Shown: piece after piece, positions 23,574 to 45,155 of the stretch
How positions within the stretch are numbered: the first letter of the stretch is position 1
Layout: every line of letters starts with the position of its first letter
Origin: Phoronis australis
Lineage: Eukaryota; Animalia; Phoronida
DNA: 64,000 nt
Assembly (NCBI GenBank): GCA_002633005.1
Contig: NMRA01000645.1
Coordinates: 62,001-126,000 of the forward strand
Reading direction: 5' to 3'
Translations under genes and position numbers: made by a program
The notes under the pieces: model-generated
Databases searched by the model: none
What the model was told of the DNA's origin: nothing
The model's input: the letters and a program-made list of their open reading frames with translations, nothing else

Positions 23574-26022
23574 CTGTAGTTTTTAACGACACTAATTTTT
23601 TGTCATGTTTTATCTTGCCACTTTTTTACCCACATCGGTGCAAAGCATGGTCACTGATTTAGAGAACCATGGCATTTGTGTCGGATCATTTGATGCAAAA
23701 TTGACAACAGTAAGTTTCCAAAACTATTGTAACAGTTAAAACTGGGTATGATTTTAGTATTGAGTCGCATTGCTAAAATAGCAAATAAAGAAATTGACAG
23801 GTTACTTACGTATTACTTCCAAGTTCCAATTAAAATTCCCTTCTGGTTTCACGTTTAGCGGAAGAAAAGTTCGTTTATTACCTTTAACGTTAAAAAGCGG
23901 CTCGCTTCCCTATGTGCCGCTAGGTGAGGCGGTAGCCGCGCCAGCATGTGATGGCTGGGCTAAGCACGCATGGAACCAGCGAGGCTTGTGAGACAGAAAG
24001 ATGGCGCTGTAGGAAAAGTTTCCGCAGTGTCCATGTGAAAAAGTAAAATAAACCGATTGCCTGTCCAGAAGTAAAAATGGATTATGAGGTCCTGTTCCAT
24101 TGAAAAGTAGTTCATTTTAACTTACGTCATAATTCAGTCAATATTTCACTGAAATGGGCGGGGCCCGGCGGAATCCAAAAAAGTTCGTTGACAAGCGACA
24201 GTTCGGTTCAGTGGCTTTTTTAGTATGATCATGATTTCTTGAGGTGTTAAAAGTCAGAAGTGCCCACCAATGAGGATGAAGTCCTAGGATCGGTGAAGTG
24301 CCTGTCGTAAATCGGCATCCCCACTCACGGGTCAACCCCGTGAACTTGCTGAACCCATTGTATTAATTTTTTGGACTGACGCCACCGTTTTTAGTTCGGC
24401 AGGTGTCGTGTCGTGGACGGACTAGTCTAGCATGGCGTGGTGCGTCATGGCAGGGTGGCCTGCCGAATTAGACGGTATATAGAAGTTGAATACGTTTCTC
24501 TTTTGCAAATTGTTTCACATTTGAGTTTTTGCAGCCGGCGTGTGATGCGAAATATAACGGATTACCTTGGCTGATTTCACTCGAGTGTTTTTGTTTTAAG
24601 AAGTCGCGATTATATTTCGAGAGTCTTCCGACTCGTTTTACATTGAAATATTTTAATTTATTAACGAGGGGTCCGTTTTGAGATCTGCTAACGGGTCGCG
24701 AGTTAAAGAGGCCTGGAACGCGATAAACAGACTAAATTGCAATACTGAAAGTGGTTCTATGGCACTGAAACAGAATTCAACCTGCTCACCAGGTATTTTC
24801 AGGGTTTGTTCGTAAATATTTTTCATTTCTGTTGATATCAAAGCATATTCTTTTAAGTTTCAAATTTCAAAAAAACGATCTGTCAACTGCTCGCCACTTC
24901 GTCGACTTTTCTTCCACATGGCAAAGCACGTCTATATACTTCAGTTATATGGTATGGCAAGACATAGACGTAACACATTTCCCTTATATGGAAAATGTGA
25001 CCCGTGTTGACAGCAAGCAACTTCAAGCAAATGGCTGTGAGCGCGTGCGCGCATTTATCATAGGTGGGAGGGAGATTAGAAACTCTGTGGTAACCACGGA
25101 GTTTTTCCTTCGCACGTAGTACAAAAATCGTGAAATTTGTGATTATTTCTAGAAATTTCCTCACAGAGGAAAGTAATTTACTCTGTACTAGACTTACCTT
25201 TGTTAGTTATTTTTGACCAGCTTTCGCGTTCTATGATGTCTCTTTAAAGTAAACCGACTGGACACAAAACAAAGTACGATGAATTGTATTCACTAGACTT
25301 ACAAACTTTTGCTTTGCAAGGCATAGAAAATATTTACATGTCTGTGTATTTTTCTTCAAAAAGTCTTATTTTTGTACTACTTTCAAATGCCCGTACAAGC
25401 AATAACGCCATGTCAATATAATGAGTACAAATATCTCTCACTCTTTATTGGAAATTAATAGAATTAAAATTCTTTCTTCGTGTCTATCGCTTGATGATCC
25501 CATCGCACGATTCTTAACACTGTTTAAAAAAAAATAATAAGTAGGCCTATGCCATTATTACCACTAACCAACTCTTCACAGATTTGACAAAACTGTCAAT
25601 TGAAATCATAAACACCAATAATGCTTCTCTCCAAAGAGTTTTTTATCTTAACTGTTAGTTTTTCTATTACAATTTGTACTAGGAAGTCACACTGATAAGT
25701 CTAACGCAAAAACTATCAAGAAGCTCAATATTACCAGCAACATGGCCGAAGGTGAAAGTTGAAAACGTAATCCCAGTCGTAGCTAAATACTTTGATTATT
25801 TCTTGGACTGTTACTGATATGTAATGAAGTTATGAACCATAGTAAAAACTGCTAAACGTTCTAACAATACAATCGAAAGATTCGTTGTTGTCTGCAACAT
25901 GAAAGGTTCGTCAATAGCCTACATCAAAAAACTTGAGTAACGCGAGGACCGACCGAACGTTATTTGATAGCCCTCATGGAGGCGTCCTTGCAAAAATCTG
26001 ACAACAAAATCTTAGTTGTCCT

Positions 26023-26100
26023 GACTTAAATAAATCCGAAATGTTAATCATTATTATCACGGACTTAAATAAATCCGAAATGATAGTCATTATTATCACG
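26023..26100. repeat. Tandem duplication, 2 x 39 bp
   Basis: GACTTAAATAAATCCGAAATG.TA.TCATTATTATCACG twice. Confidence 0.85.
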
Positions 26101-27674
26101 AATGTTTATTTTTGTGATTTGAATCATTGTCCTGAGAAATATGGCATTGGGCTAGCAAAAAAGCAGTACGTTCCGATCTAGTGCTTCTAGTTCTGCATGC
26201 CCGGAAATTTATAACTTGTGTGCAAGCTAATGAAACTTAAGTAAAACATCCACGCTTCAAGTTATAGTTAGAGACAATGAATTGATGTCTTTGAAACAGA
26301 AGACAATTTCATTGTACAATATCTTAAACCGCTAACGGTAAACTTTGAAAAGGAAAACATTCCTCGTTTTTTACATAACCACTAATATACAATCGGCTCC
26401 ACTGGTTTGGAGCACTAGCTACAATGAATATGCTTCACTCTTAGAAAAACCGTGATGGTAGTAAGAAGAAACGAAAATGTAAAGTCACACAATTGTCAGG
26501 GAACAAAACTTCTTTCGTGTCTAACCAGCTTTTGTGAGCCCAACGTGTTTGCGAGCACCGCTAACTTGCATAGGTTTGGTGATGCCTGGGACGAATTTAT
26601 TTTTGGATGCCTCTTCTCTATACTAAAATGCGCCGTGAACCCCAGTACAAAGAAAAGTATAAAAGAAGAAGAAACATAAAAAAGAAACCTCATTCAATTT
26701 AACTACAAAAAATCAGTCACAATAGTGATTGGATGCTGTCCCGAAATGGATGCCCAAGGCCGTCACCCCCCCCCCCCCCCCCCCNCCGGCACGAAAACAC
26801 TTTAATCACGGTTGTAATAAAGTGGTCACGTGAGTAATTAACAATTTGTAATAAAATCACAAAAGTACAACAGATTAGCTGTGCTACTGCTCATGACAAA
26901 GTTGATAAAATAATCCCAAAGGTGCGTTTTCGGCCCTAAACATATCATGTTCCTTTAAGGGTTCCAGTTTTAAAGCGGTAAGAAACCAACCTCTCGTAAA
27001 AAATTCTTTTGATTTAGGACACTTGTCTCTGTAAATTTGGTTTTGCTCCCTTAAAGGCGGTTTTAAGTCTTGAGAAAATCTGGCGACCATAAACCCGCTA
27101 TTGGGCGTCAAAATAATTTAATAAGATAAAACTTTGAATTCGGATTGAGTAAGGGACTGCAAGGAAATGCCGTCTCAAATTTCATGAATAATTAGTCCCC
27201 ATCTGACTTGTATTAGGCTCTCAAATTGTTGATTTACCCAAACGAAATTTCTTGACATACTGTCCGAAAGCTATGCGTTTTTTGTGTCAAGTGCAAGGGA
27301 ATTGATCCGCCTCCAGGCACCTCTTCACGTCTAAGGCAGTGTAGGCCTACTTGCGATTCACCATTTTAAACAGGAACAAGAGAAACGACGACTGGATGTT
27401 TGCGCGCTGGAGATAATGACAAACCGAGGAGAACGAACAGCGCAAATTTGGCGCCTTATTCTGAAATGCATGCGAATGCGCAACATTGGTCCTCGTTACA
27501 CAACCGAAACTGGAATATTCAATATTTAGGGTTGCCAAACGCGAAATTGTTCCTGAAATAGAGATGTTTTGCAATGAACGGAGGGAACTAAATCCCTCTG
27601 TTCATTGCACCAATTTCGCGTTTGGACTCACACAAAATGAGTTTCTTTCATATGTTCCGGCGCAATATCAAGTA

Positions 27675-28080
27675 CAAAGTGCTGTCCACACACACAGAGT
27701 TACCCAAGAACTAGTTACTCCTGGAACGAGTTGTCCCTATAGTGTTGTCTGGATGCTATTTAAACTAGCGAAATTTACCCCACTTGTGACAATTTATTCC
27801 ACATTATCGAGGTGGGGTAACTTGTTCTAGGGTAATTTACGCCACAGTGGTCGCATAAGTGGAGTAGGGTGGAAGAAATTTTCAGCTGCGTTTACATACA
27901 CTCAGACGGGTTTTCTTGTGCTGTATTGACATTAGGTGTTCATTGTCGTGCACTCAAAGAACGACAACTTACGTCTTAAACCAGTTATCGGATGTATGAG
28001 TGTGGACGCTACACTTAAAAGGGGTGTAAGTTGCGCATTTCAATTTATTCTAGGGTAGGCTATGTGTGGACGGGACTTTG
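27675..28080. mobile_element. Candidate MITE upstream of the Ig gene
   Basis: Imperfect inverted ends CAAAGTGCTGTCCACACA / TGTGTGGACGGGACTTTG with subterminal TACCC.AGAA motifs. Confidence 0.45.
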
Positions 28081-28327
28081 GAGAGTAACATAAACGTAAT
28101 TAACTTGAAATGAGCCAAATATACAGTAGGGCATGAGCGAGACTTGCATTCCCGAAGTCATCGGTTTATTGCGTCGTTTTGACGCAGCAGATACAGCTTT
28201 TCAAAAGCAATGCAATTTTTGTTGAACATTTCGACTTTAACCATTGCAAAATCATCTGCCACAATATATCAATCCATATTTTAACTGTTAACATGATATT
28301 TATAAGTTAATTTACACTTGATGGGCA

Positions 28328-28484
28328 ATGCATGTACTGTCCAATCATCCCTTCGCGCTGTATGCGTTCACATTGTCCCTGCAACTTCTTCGCCTAGCCA
28401 CCGGTTTGATTATAAGCTGCCATGACGTTAACAAACCTGAGTGGGTGACAGTCAACGATACCATACAGTGCTCATGTCAGTCAG
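28328..28484 (+). CDS. Exon 1 of Ig-domain membrane protein: signal peptide plus start of Ig domain 1
   Basis: MHVLSNHPFALYAFTLSLQLLRLATG is a hydrophobic leader, followed by IISC..W..IQCSCQS. The CAG|GTAAAA phase-1 donor matches the acceptor at 31053. The Cys pattern mirrors domain 3 of the downstream ORF. Confidence 0.72.
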
Positions 28485-28842
28485 GTAAAATTCATTTTGC
28501 AAGGTGTGATGGGAATGGAACTTTCGCTAAAAGTTGTTGATTTGCCAGGAAAACGGTAAAATCATAAGGTCTAGTCTTCTTTTTTAAAAGTGACGTAAAT
28601 TAGTGATACTCTTTTCCACGGTAGGAGTTTTTCGGCTGATAGCGACACGACCTACGCTGCGTAGGCTACGCATCGCCCCCCGCCCCTCCACCTGTGTGGT
28701 TAAGTGTCGTAGAGTGTAAAGCCTAAAGGCATACCGTGTATGGATGTGAATTTTGGCCCAGCTATATGCTTAAATGTGAAGCCGCGCCTTTATCCGAAGT
28801 TAGATGCAAATGTATACAAATACATAAACATATTCATATATA

Positions 28843-30349
28843 TCAGGTGTCAAAAAATAAGTCACTTTTTGACAAGTAATTTCTCAGCAACAGATGTGCT
28901 GATTTTTTTCACTTTTCTTACAGACGAACCTTAGGATATGTTCAACAGATGTACAAAATATCAAAGAGATCTGTGTCCCATTGTACGAGTACTGTCAAAC
29001 TAAAAACATCAGGTCAAAAATAAAGTATCAATGGAAAGCTCGCTTATTTCAGTCTATGCTCAGTGTGGCCTTCATCTTCCTCCACGACTAAACGGAGCCG
29101 TTTCTTCCAACCAGAAATGCTTTTCGGTATTTCTTTCATATCGAGATTTCCTCCCATGACATAATTACCCTGCCTTTTTACTCCTGCTCATTCAATTTGC
29201 CTCTCATTCCCCGGTAATCTTTCTTCTTCAGAGACGGTTCCACATGGCATAGTCCATTGGATTGCAATCAGGACTGAGCTGAGACCACTCATCCTTTTTG
29301 ATGAATTTTGTTTGGCCTGCTCCACATGAGCCTGGGTTATCTTGCTCGTGTGTGACGGAATCCCATCTAGTTATAACATGTAATTGTTTCCAGGATAAAG
29401 TCGCCTGCAATCTGGGAGAAGATTTTCATCAAATAACTGCATGTAGCGTTGACTGTTAACTTGGCTCTATTAGTGTCAATAAAATGAATATTTGTTTTTC
29501 CTTCCCAAGATAATCCAGCGGAAACCATTACTTCGGAAAATCTGGAAGTCACATGATAGAGTCGAGAAGACTGAATTTCTCGTTTTCTAGCGTAAAGTCG
29601 TTTTAATCAGTGAAAAATAATTCTTTTCACATCAGTGACCGAATAGCAGTCATGCAAGTAGCAGCATCGAGTTTTTCTTTACCATCTAACATTTTGATCT
29701 CTCTCACATTCGTTTGGAGGGCTTTAACTCCAGTTTTTTCGCCATTCTTTGCACAGAAGACTTGCTCACTTGTAAATCCTTTGCGACTTCTCTCATGGAT
29801 TTGTGATTCCTCGTCTTGTCCTCCTAGGATGGAATCAGTTCCTCAACACGATCCTCGTTTTCTTTCGAGCACGCAGTCTTGGGTCTCCCATTGTTACTTT
29901 TACGCACAACAGACCCTGTGTTGCGTATTTTAGCAATAAGTCTACAGTGGCACGACTCCGCCCTTTTCCTGGGAACTCCATTGCGATTCTTCTTCTGCTC
30001 CACCCTTTCTTCTAGAAACAATTTTCAATTGTAGATTGACCACTTTCACTCAAAGGTATCTTTACTAACGGGAATATTGGACAGAACTAATTTAGATACA
30101 GATCTAACAATAAAAAAACAGTAGATTGGAGACCCAGGCAGGCAATTTTTTTAACTGACAGATGCCAGCACAGCATGAACACGATGGAAGTCACAGTGAT
30201 ATTGCATTTTTCACCCCGCTGTTTTGAATTTCTCAGTACTTCCACTTTCTGATGACGCACTGAAGATACATTGTGAACATTTTGAAGGAATTCGGTTGGG
30301 TAATTGGTGAGAAATTATTGGCAAAAAGTGGCTCTTTTGGGACATCTAA
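28843..30349 (-). mobile_element. Decayed Tc1/mariner-superfamily DNA transposon (maT/DD37D-like) in the Ig-gene intron
   Basis: Imperfect ~40-bp TIRs (TCAGGTGTCAAAAAATAAGTCACTTTTTG / CAAAAAGTGGCTCTTTTGGGACATCTAA) flanked by TA. Frameshifted transposase pieces include KIRNTGSVVRKSNNGRPKTA, VMVSAGLSWEGKTNIHFI and EWSQLSPDCNPMDYAMW. Confidence 0.85.
29228..30050 (-). pseudogene. Transposase pseudogene of the mariner-like element
   Basis: DDD-transposase motifs are spread over several frames with stops; boundaries approximate. Confidence 0.8.
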
Positions 30350-31053
30350 TATATGCATAATTGTTTGGAGGAAATATTTTGGAGGTAAGTGGATAAGTCT
30401 AAATATACGAAATTTAGATGCTAGTTGTTTTCATGTACTCATCTTGGACTTTGTTTATTGTCTGAAGAAAAGTGACAATTTTCTGAGCAAGAATTTTACA
30501 AAAACACGCTTTCATGCAACTAGGAGTTTCGCAACTTTTTCAGTAGGCACGTGTACATTTGCGTTTATGGTCGCTTGCACAGCCTCACTCAAATTTTCTC
30601 TCAATTCGACAACTACCAGCGATTTAGTTTGCCACCGATAAGTATGTAATAACAAAATTAAAAGACAAGTCTTCTTTATACAAGATGCGAAGGTTTCCTA
30701 AGGAAGTGTATTAGGAGCGGTACATTACATTAAAAAAATATGGAATATTCCTGAGTTTGACGTTTAGTACCACAGTAGGCATTTCTTCAAAACTGCTGCG
30801 GCCATGTGCAGACTCTGAAGCGACAAAGGGTTCTTAAACGAGTACCATTGGCACCTATTCAAGAGCGCGTGGATAATATATATGTACCCTACAGACCTTC
30901 CTGCTAGGTTGGGGCCAGCAGGTCTATTTCATTGACTTTGCCAAGACACCTACTGTAAATCGACTTCTTTGTTGAATACATAAAACGGTGATAAGAAAAA
31001 ATACCCACGACAAACATGGAATATTAGGCCTACAATTTTGCATTTAATTTCAG

Positions 31054-32384
31054 ACAACAAAAATGATGAAGTCATACTTCATATTCCCAGTCAAGTGATA
31101 TCAACCCAGAGAGGCAATGTCAGTGGTACGATAAACAGTATACGCCCACATCATGACGGCAGCCTTATTGAGTGCGAAGTGGGTGGTGTCCGACGGACCA
31201 TGTATGAACTTAAAGTAGCTTACGGCCCGGCCAGCACTGCGGATATAAACCTCCATGTCAAGTATAATGCCGATAACTTTGTGCCCTTTAATGGGTTGTT
31301 AGATGCATCGAAGTCCTCTACACTTCTCAGGTGTGATGTGCAAAATGCTCAGCCATTGAGCATCAAATGGGAATGGCGCGATGAGGACATGAGGGCGGAG
31401 AAACTACCTCAGACTGGAAACAGGCGTGACCTTCGAGTAATTTCTGTCGGTGCGAATGATTTCGGAATTGCCTGCACTGTGACAAACACTAAAACGGGAA
31501 AAACGCTCAAACGAAAAATGCGTATAGAGGTTTCTAATCGTCAGCCTGTTAGTTTCATAAATTGCACCAACGAAATGAACACATGGCTCTCTGAAGGCAT
31601 CAATACAACATGTACGTGCTTTGTATCGAGCGCCGGTACGAAGGCTCATCTGTTCTCACAGCACATTCCACCAGTGGTAGGGACCGCTCCTCTTTCAACA
31701 GGCTCTTTCACGGTATCGGCTGCTTTCAATAAAGAACGGATGATCTGCAAAGACGTAGAATCTGGAAAGAAACTTGGAGAGAAAATCATTAACGTCAAAT
31801 TTGGACCAAAAGTATCTCAGCTACACTTTCATTACGGTAGTTTCCAAGGTGATACTTTGAAGACTGCCCAGTCTCTCCGGTACACGTTAGACTGTACAAG
31901 TGACAGTTGCGCGCCACAATGCAACATCTCGTGGTTAGGGATTGAACGTGTTACAAGGTACACTCTAGGCGACCACATTTTCACCCCTGATACTAACAAT
32001 GGGAGAAGAACATCACAAAATATCACGTTCTGGCCGACCGTGAGGGATAGTGGCACTATCATTACATGCATCATTAAAAATAGCGGCGGAGGACTTCAGC
32101 AGTCAATGGCGTCCTTCCGCATCATCGTAGACTACTTTGAGAATCAAAGCAGTATCGTTACTTACATACTCGTTACTGCTGGAACACTTGCGCTTTTTTG
32201 TGTGGCAATTGTTTTTTGGTCAAGACGCAAGAAAAAGGCAGATGACTACGAAGACCCCGAGCTGTATAAATCCGATGAAATTGACGTGAGACTTAGAGCA
32301 TATGTTGAAGAGGTTGTAAAACCTCTAGTGATGAGGCGTAACAAAAGTGTCTTGATAACTACGCCTTCCGAATCGTCTATCTAA
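31054..32384 (+). CDS. Exon 2 of a type I transmembrane protein with four Ig-like domains (nephrin/sidestep-like C2-type linkers), TM helix and Tyr-containing tail; ~495 aa spliced
   Basis: 1.33-kb open frame; tttcag acceptor; paired Cys/Trp Ig signatures (RCDV..P..WEW..ACTVTN; LDCTS..P..ISW..ITCII); VAYGP/VKFGP linkers; TM IVTYILVTAGTLALFCVAIVFW followed by RRKKK. Confidence 0.85.
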
Positions 32385-35211
32385 GACCCGAGTAGACGCA
32401 TTTGACCTTAATGTAACTTTAAAACAACAGCGCATACAGAGAAACGACGACAAACCTCACCGTTTGTTTTAATGTGCAATGACCGACGACTTACTACTAT
32501 ATCTCGCAAAATTTTCATTCCCGGCCGTTTTCTGCCATTGGTTCATCTGTTTACACATACTGCAGGCTCGTAGCCTGTGCCTTTGCTGCCAAGTCAAAAC
32601 AAAAAAAAGACCTCATCTTTTCCCTGGTGTGCATGCTATCAAAAACGATGTTCCACGAAATAAGGGCTTCCCCTGATCGTCACATGGGCGAGGACGGGAC
32701 GGAGGCACTGAGCTGAAAAATTGAGACGACTAAGGGGAAGTGTGAAGTTGGGGCCGCCTCTAATAGTCATGAAAATGTAGCCGACTTCGCCGGTAAAGTT
32801 AGTTTCAAACCCTGGTCACTCTATTTCTGTAATAGCGAGTGTTGTGCGTTACTCTCTTTTGTTCAGGGAAATAGAATACTAATGAACGACCGCTAAAGGC
32901 AGTCCTTTCGTAGACAAACTGATCGGTGAAAAAACAACCACCTCATTCAGCAGCACGTCCCGTTTTTTGACCCTGTGCAAACGCACCTCCCACTGGGTAA
33001 CCCACTATGTCTTTAAAGGTACTGGCTCCAACTCTGCCAACTTCGTCATCCTCTACTGAAGGGTAGAGAAGCTACCGCAGATGCGTTTCGTGTATAAATC
33101 AGAACTTACTAATCAACAAGAAAACTTTTTAAATTTCGACATCCCAGTATGTGTTGGTCTTTTCTATAACATTGCCCCAAGAGAGTTTTTAGACTCGTTT
33201 ACACAACGTGTTCTTGCTAGTCTTTTACAGGGTCAAACGGATCCACGGGATCTTTCTGTACACATGTAGTAATTCGGCACGAGAGTTACGCGCCGGTTTG
33301 GTGTTACGCCATAAGCCGAGTCCTGGAGAGAACCCATGCGCATGGTTTCACGTTTTTCTTTGTAAGCAATTGAATTTCAAGACAATTTACGCGGTTTTAC
33401 CTGAGGGTTTTACCATAGACAGTAGTTTTTTAAAGGGCGTCTAGAAATAATCAAGAAAATGCCCTTCATCAATCTGGGACAGATTATATCTTCAGCAAAT
33501 GAAGTGTGAAAAAATGAAAGCAGACAAAATTGTATTTACAAATATACATATACCGTGACATAATATGTAAATTTCCGCAAAGGCAGCATCCTCTGAACAA
33601 TGATGAATAGTCACGCAACATAAAATTCATCACAAAAAAGGTTCAAAATTCTACTTTGAAATCAACAGCATATTACACAGGCAGCCCCTAAAATATCCCA
33701 GTAAAAGTATATAAAACAAAAAGTAAATCTATGATAAACTTAAATCCATTCATGACTCACTTGTTACAAAAGAAATGATCCACCTCATAAGTAAATGGTA
33801 AGATATTAAAACACACCTCTCTAAAATAACATTAAGCATTGTGATATTTCCATCATAAAATGACTCATGTCTTATGAAGCAAGATGATCATTGGGAATTC
33901 CTCCACTAAGCAGTGTCAAGGTATTGTCATGGTACTCTCTGACTTATCAAATTGTTTGCTGACAATTCAAACCTAGGGAATTAGAAGCACTCTCTTTTCC
34001 TACAGTTAAAATAATTAAATAAATATAGACAAATATAGACACACAATCAACCATGGTTGGTCTGATGGGATCTGACTATTTCTTTTACATCTCTAGTTTG
34101 GTCCGAGGTATTATATTGTACATAGAGGTCAACAACAAACGGGCAGTCTGATTTCAGCACCAGTAAATTGATGAATTTTCACTGACCAGATTCACCATAG
34201 CTATAAACCAGACCTTTCATTTCCATCATGGTCCAAATTCTCCCAGTTCACTAAATATTAAGCACAGTTACAATTTTAATCTCTTAACTGCATTTCGACT
34301 ACATACAATAAAAATTTTCTCAAACAACGAAAAGTAGTGAAGTTACTGTGAATTAGCAACAACCAATGTGTTTGATTCCAGACATCTGAATTAGGTTTAC
34401 TCAAGTTTGAAACTCATTTGTTGTGGAAATCACTTTTTCACAGTCACATACAAGGTAATCACCAGGCTGGTCACTTTTATACTATTGTCCTTGACCTTGC
34501 TTATTCCTTTTTAAAGGGGACAATACATACATAATAAAATAACCCCTACCTACACTGAGCATACTGAACTTATTTAATAAAATTGCACACTGGTCAAAAA
34601 CAGCAGAACTGGTTTTGGTCTGTTTTCCTCCATTCATTTTGAGACCTGCACTCAGCGACTAAAAAACCACCAGCCTACATAAATTTCAGCGAAGATCTGG
34701 AGTCTTTTTTTGAAAATCTGTACAAGGAGACAAAATCAACGTCTGAAACAACATGCGTTACATGTGTCACAATTTTGGTGAGTTGTGAGACAATAAAAGT
34801 ACAGTAATGGTAATCACCCCTTTCGTTTCATGATCAATATCCTGTACTTTCAAATGAATAGAAGTGCCACTAGATTCATCTCATATTTCCACTATACGTT
34901 GTGCGTCCTCCTTTGAGAGTGCAATGATTTTTGCCAGACCCCAAGAAACTGAATAGACGCCAAAAACTTTGGACCGCGACTCCACAAGACCCAGTATTAG
35001 GAAGTGAGAGGTGAACACTGCAAAAATAGCACATCCCAGCAGCAAGACGAACCAAGTGGAAGGAGAAAACATGGGAGAATTTTAGCTCAAAAATTCACAC
35101 TGCAACACAATTTTAGTTTTGAAGAAATTTTCAGACCCGAACATCATTCATTAATTTATAAAAGTGTTGAACAAATTTTTACTGCCACCTACACCACTGG
35201 AGGTGCAATCA

Positions 35212-35279
35212 AAGACTTGATGGTATATTATAATGGGTAAACAATAAGACTTGATGGTATATTATAATGGGTAAACAAT
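35212..35279. repeat. Perfect tandem duplication, 2 x 34 bp
   Basis: AAGACTTGATGGTATATTATAATGGGTAAACAAT twice. Confidence 0.9.
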
Positions 35280-36287
35280 AAAAATCTCAACAAACCTAAC
35301 TCATCAGGCAAAGTGAGTTAAGTGAGCTAAAATGGCCACTGAACTCTAAAATGGACATTGAACCTTAAACTGATGAGAAAGACACCATAAAGAGTCATTC
35401 ATTTTGACTCACCTCTATACAATTTCAAGTGCCCTTCAGTATGCCTCCTTAGAGCCATTTTTGAATTGACCAAACATCCCCCCCACACACACGCGTGCAC
35501 ACACACACAAACACATTCCCCTTAAAGACCTAAACAACGTTAATTAGGTCAAGCTAAAATCACAAATTTCAAACTGGAATAAATTAACTTGGAAATCAAT
35601 GCAAGGTTTGTATCATGTGCTATTACAAAGATTGTGCTGCATGGGGCTTTAAAATTCAGCCCTGTCTCTTCACATTCAATTTCCACATTTTTAGTAGTTC
35701 CCCTGAACACAAGGGTGATTGAATTGCATAAAACTTTGTCTTTCAGTGAAACACTGGATCTATTTATCTCGTAATGTAAAATGGCTGTGATGCAATCTCA
35801 AGGACTTTAGCAACAACAATTGACACACTATTATCACTATTCAATGCTCATGCTGAATAAGCAATTAATAAACATGACAGATGCATCTACGCTCGTGAAA
35901 CAGTGAGACGTTTTAATCAGAATTTTGAAATTTTGACCCTCCTTGGCTACTCACAATGGTCATCACGATGAAATCACATGAGTTGCACGATATCAAAGCA
36001 TAGATCGACATACGACAATAAGATATGCAGTAACATGTCCTTAATACTGTCGTCCTTCAATGAAACATTTAAAACTTTTGCCTTGGACCTTTCACTTGAA
36101 CCATCGTTGGGTAGGGTGTTTCAACTGATCCTTCCCTAAATATTCTTCTGGATTTTATTGGACCATCCACTGAGGAGGGGTGTTACAACATACCCCCGGC
36201 CCCTCCTCAAATTCCGTCTGCCTGAGAGTTTCATATCTCTGCATTAAAAGCTTTTGCTCATATCGACCCGGTCTTGCTCAACGACAT

Positions 36288-45155
<8,868 letters not shown>

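Noticed and set aside
26765-26787. Poly-C tract with N as a G-quadruplex element
   Set aside because: Homopolymer at an assembly join; length unreliable
30895-30921. Possible extra micro-exon in the Ig-gene intron
   Set aside because: Weak donor (GTCTAT), and direct splicing already gives domain 1 a spacing similar to domain 3
31038-31053. TTG start of the 448-aa ORF as a single-exon gene
   Set aside because: It lacks a signal peptide and the first Ig cysteines; a phase-compatible upstream exon supplies both
32595-32610. A-rich tract as a retrocopy poly(A) remnant of the Ig gene
   Set aside because: Short and interrupted, with no upstream AATAAA or flanking TSD
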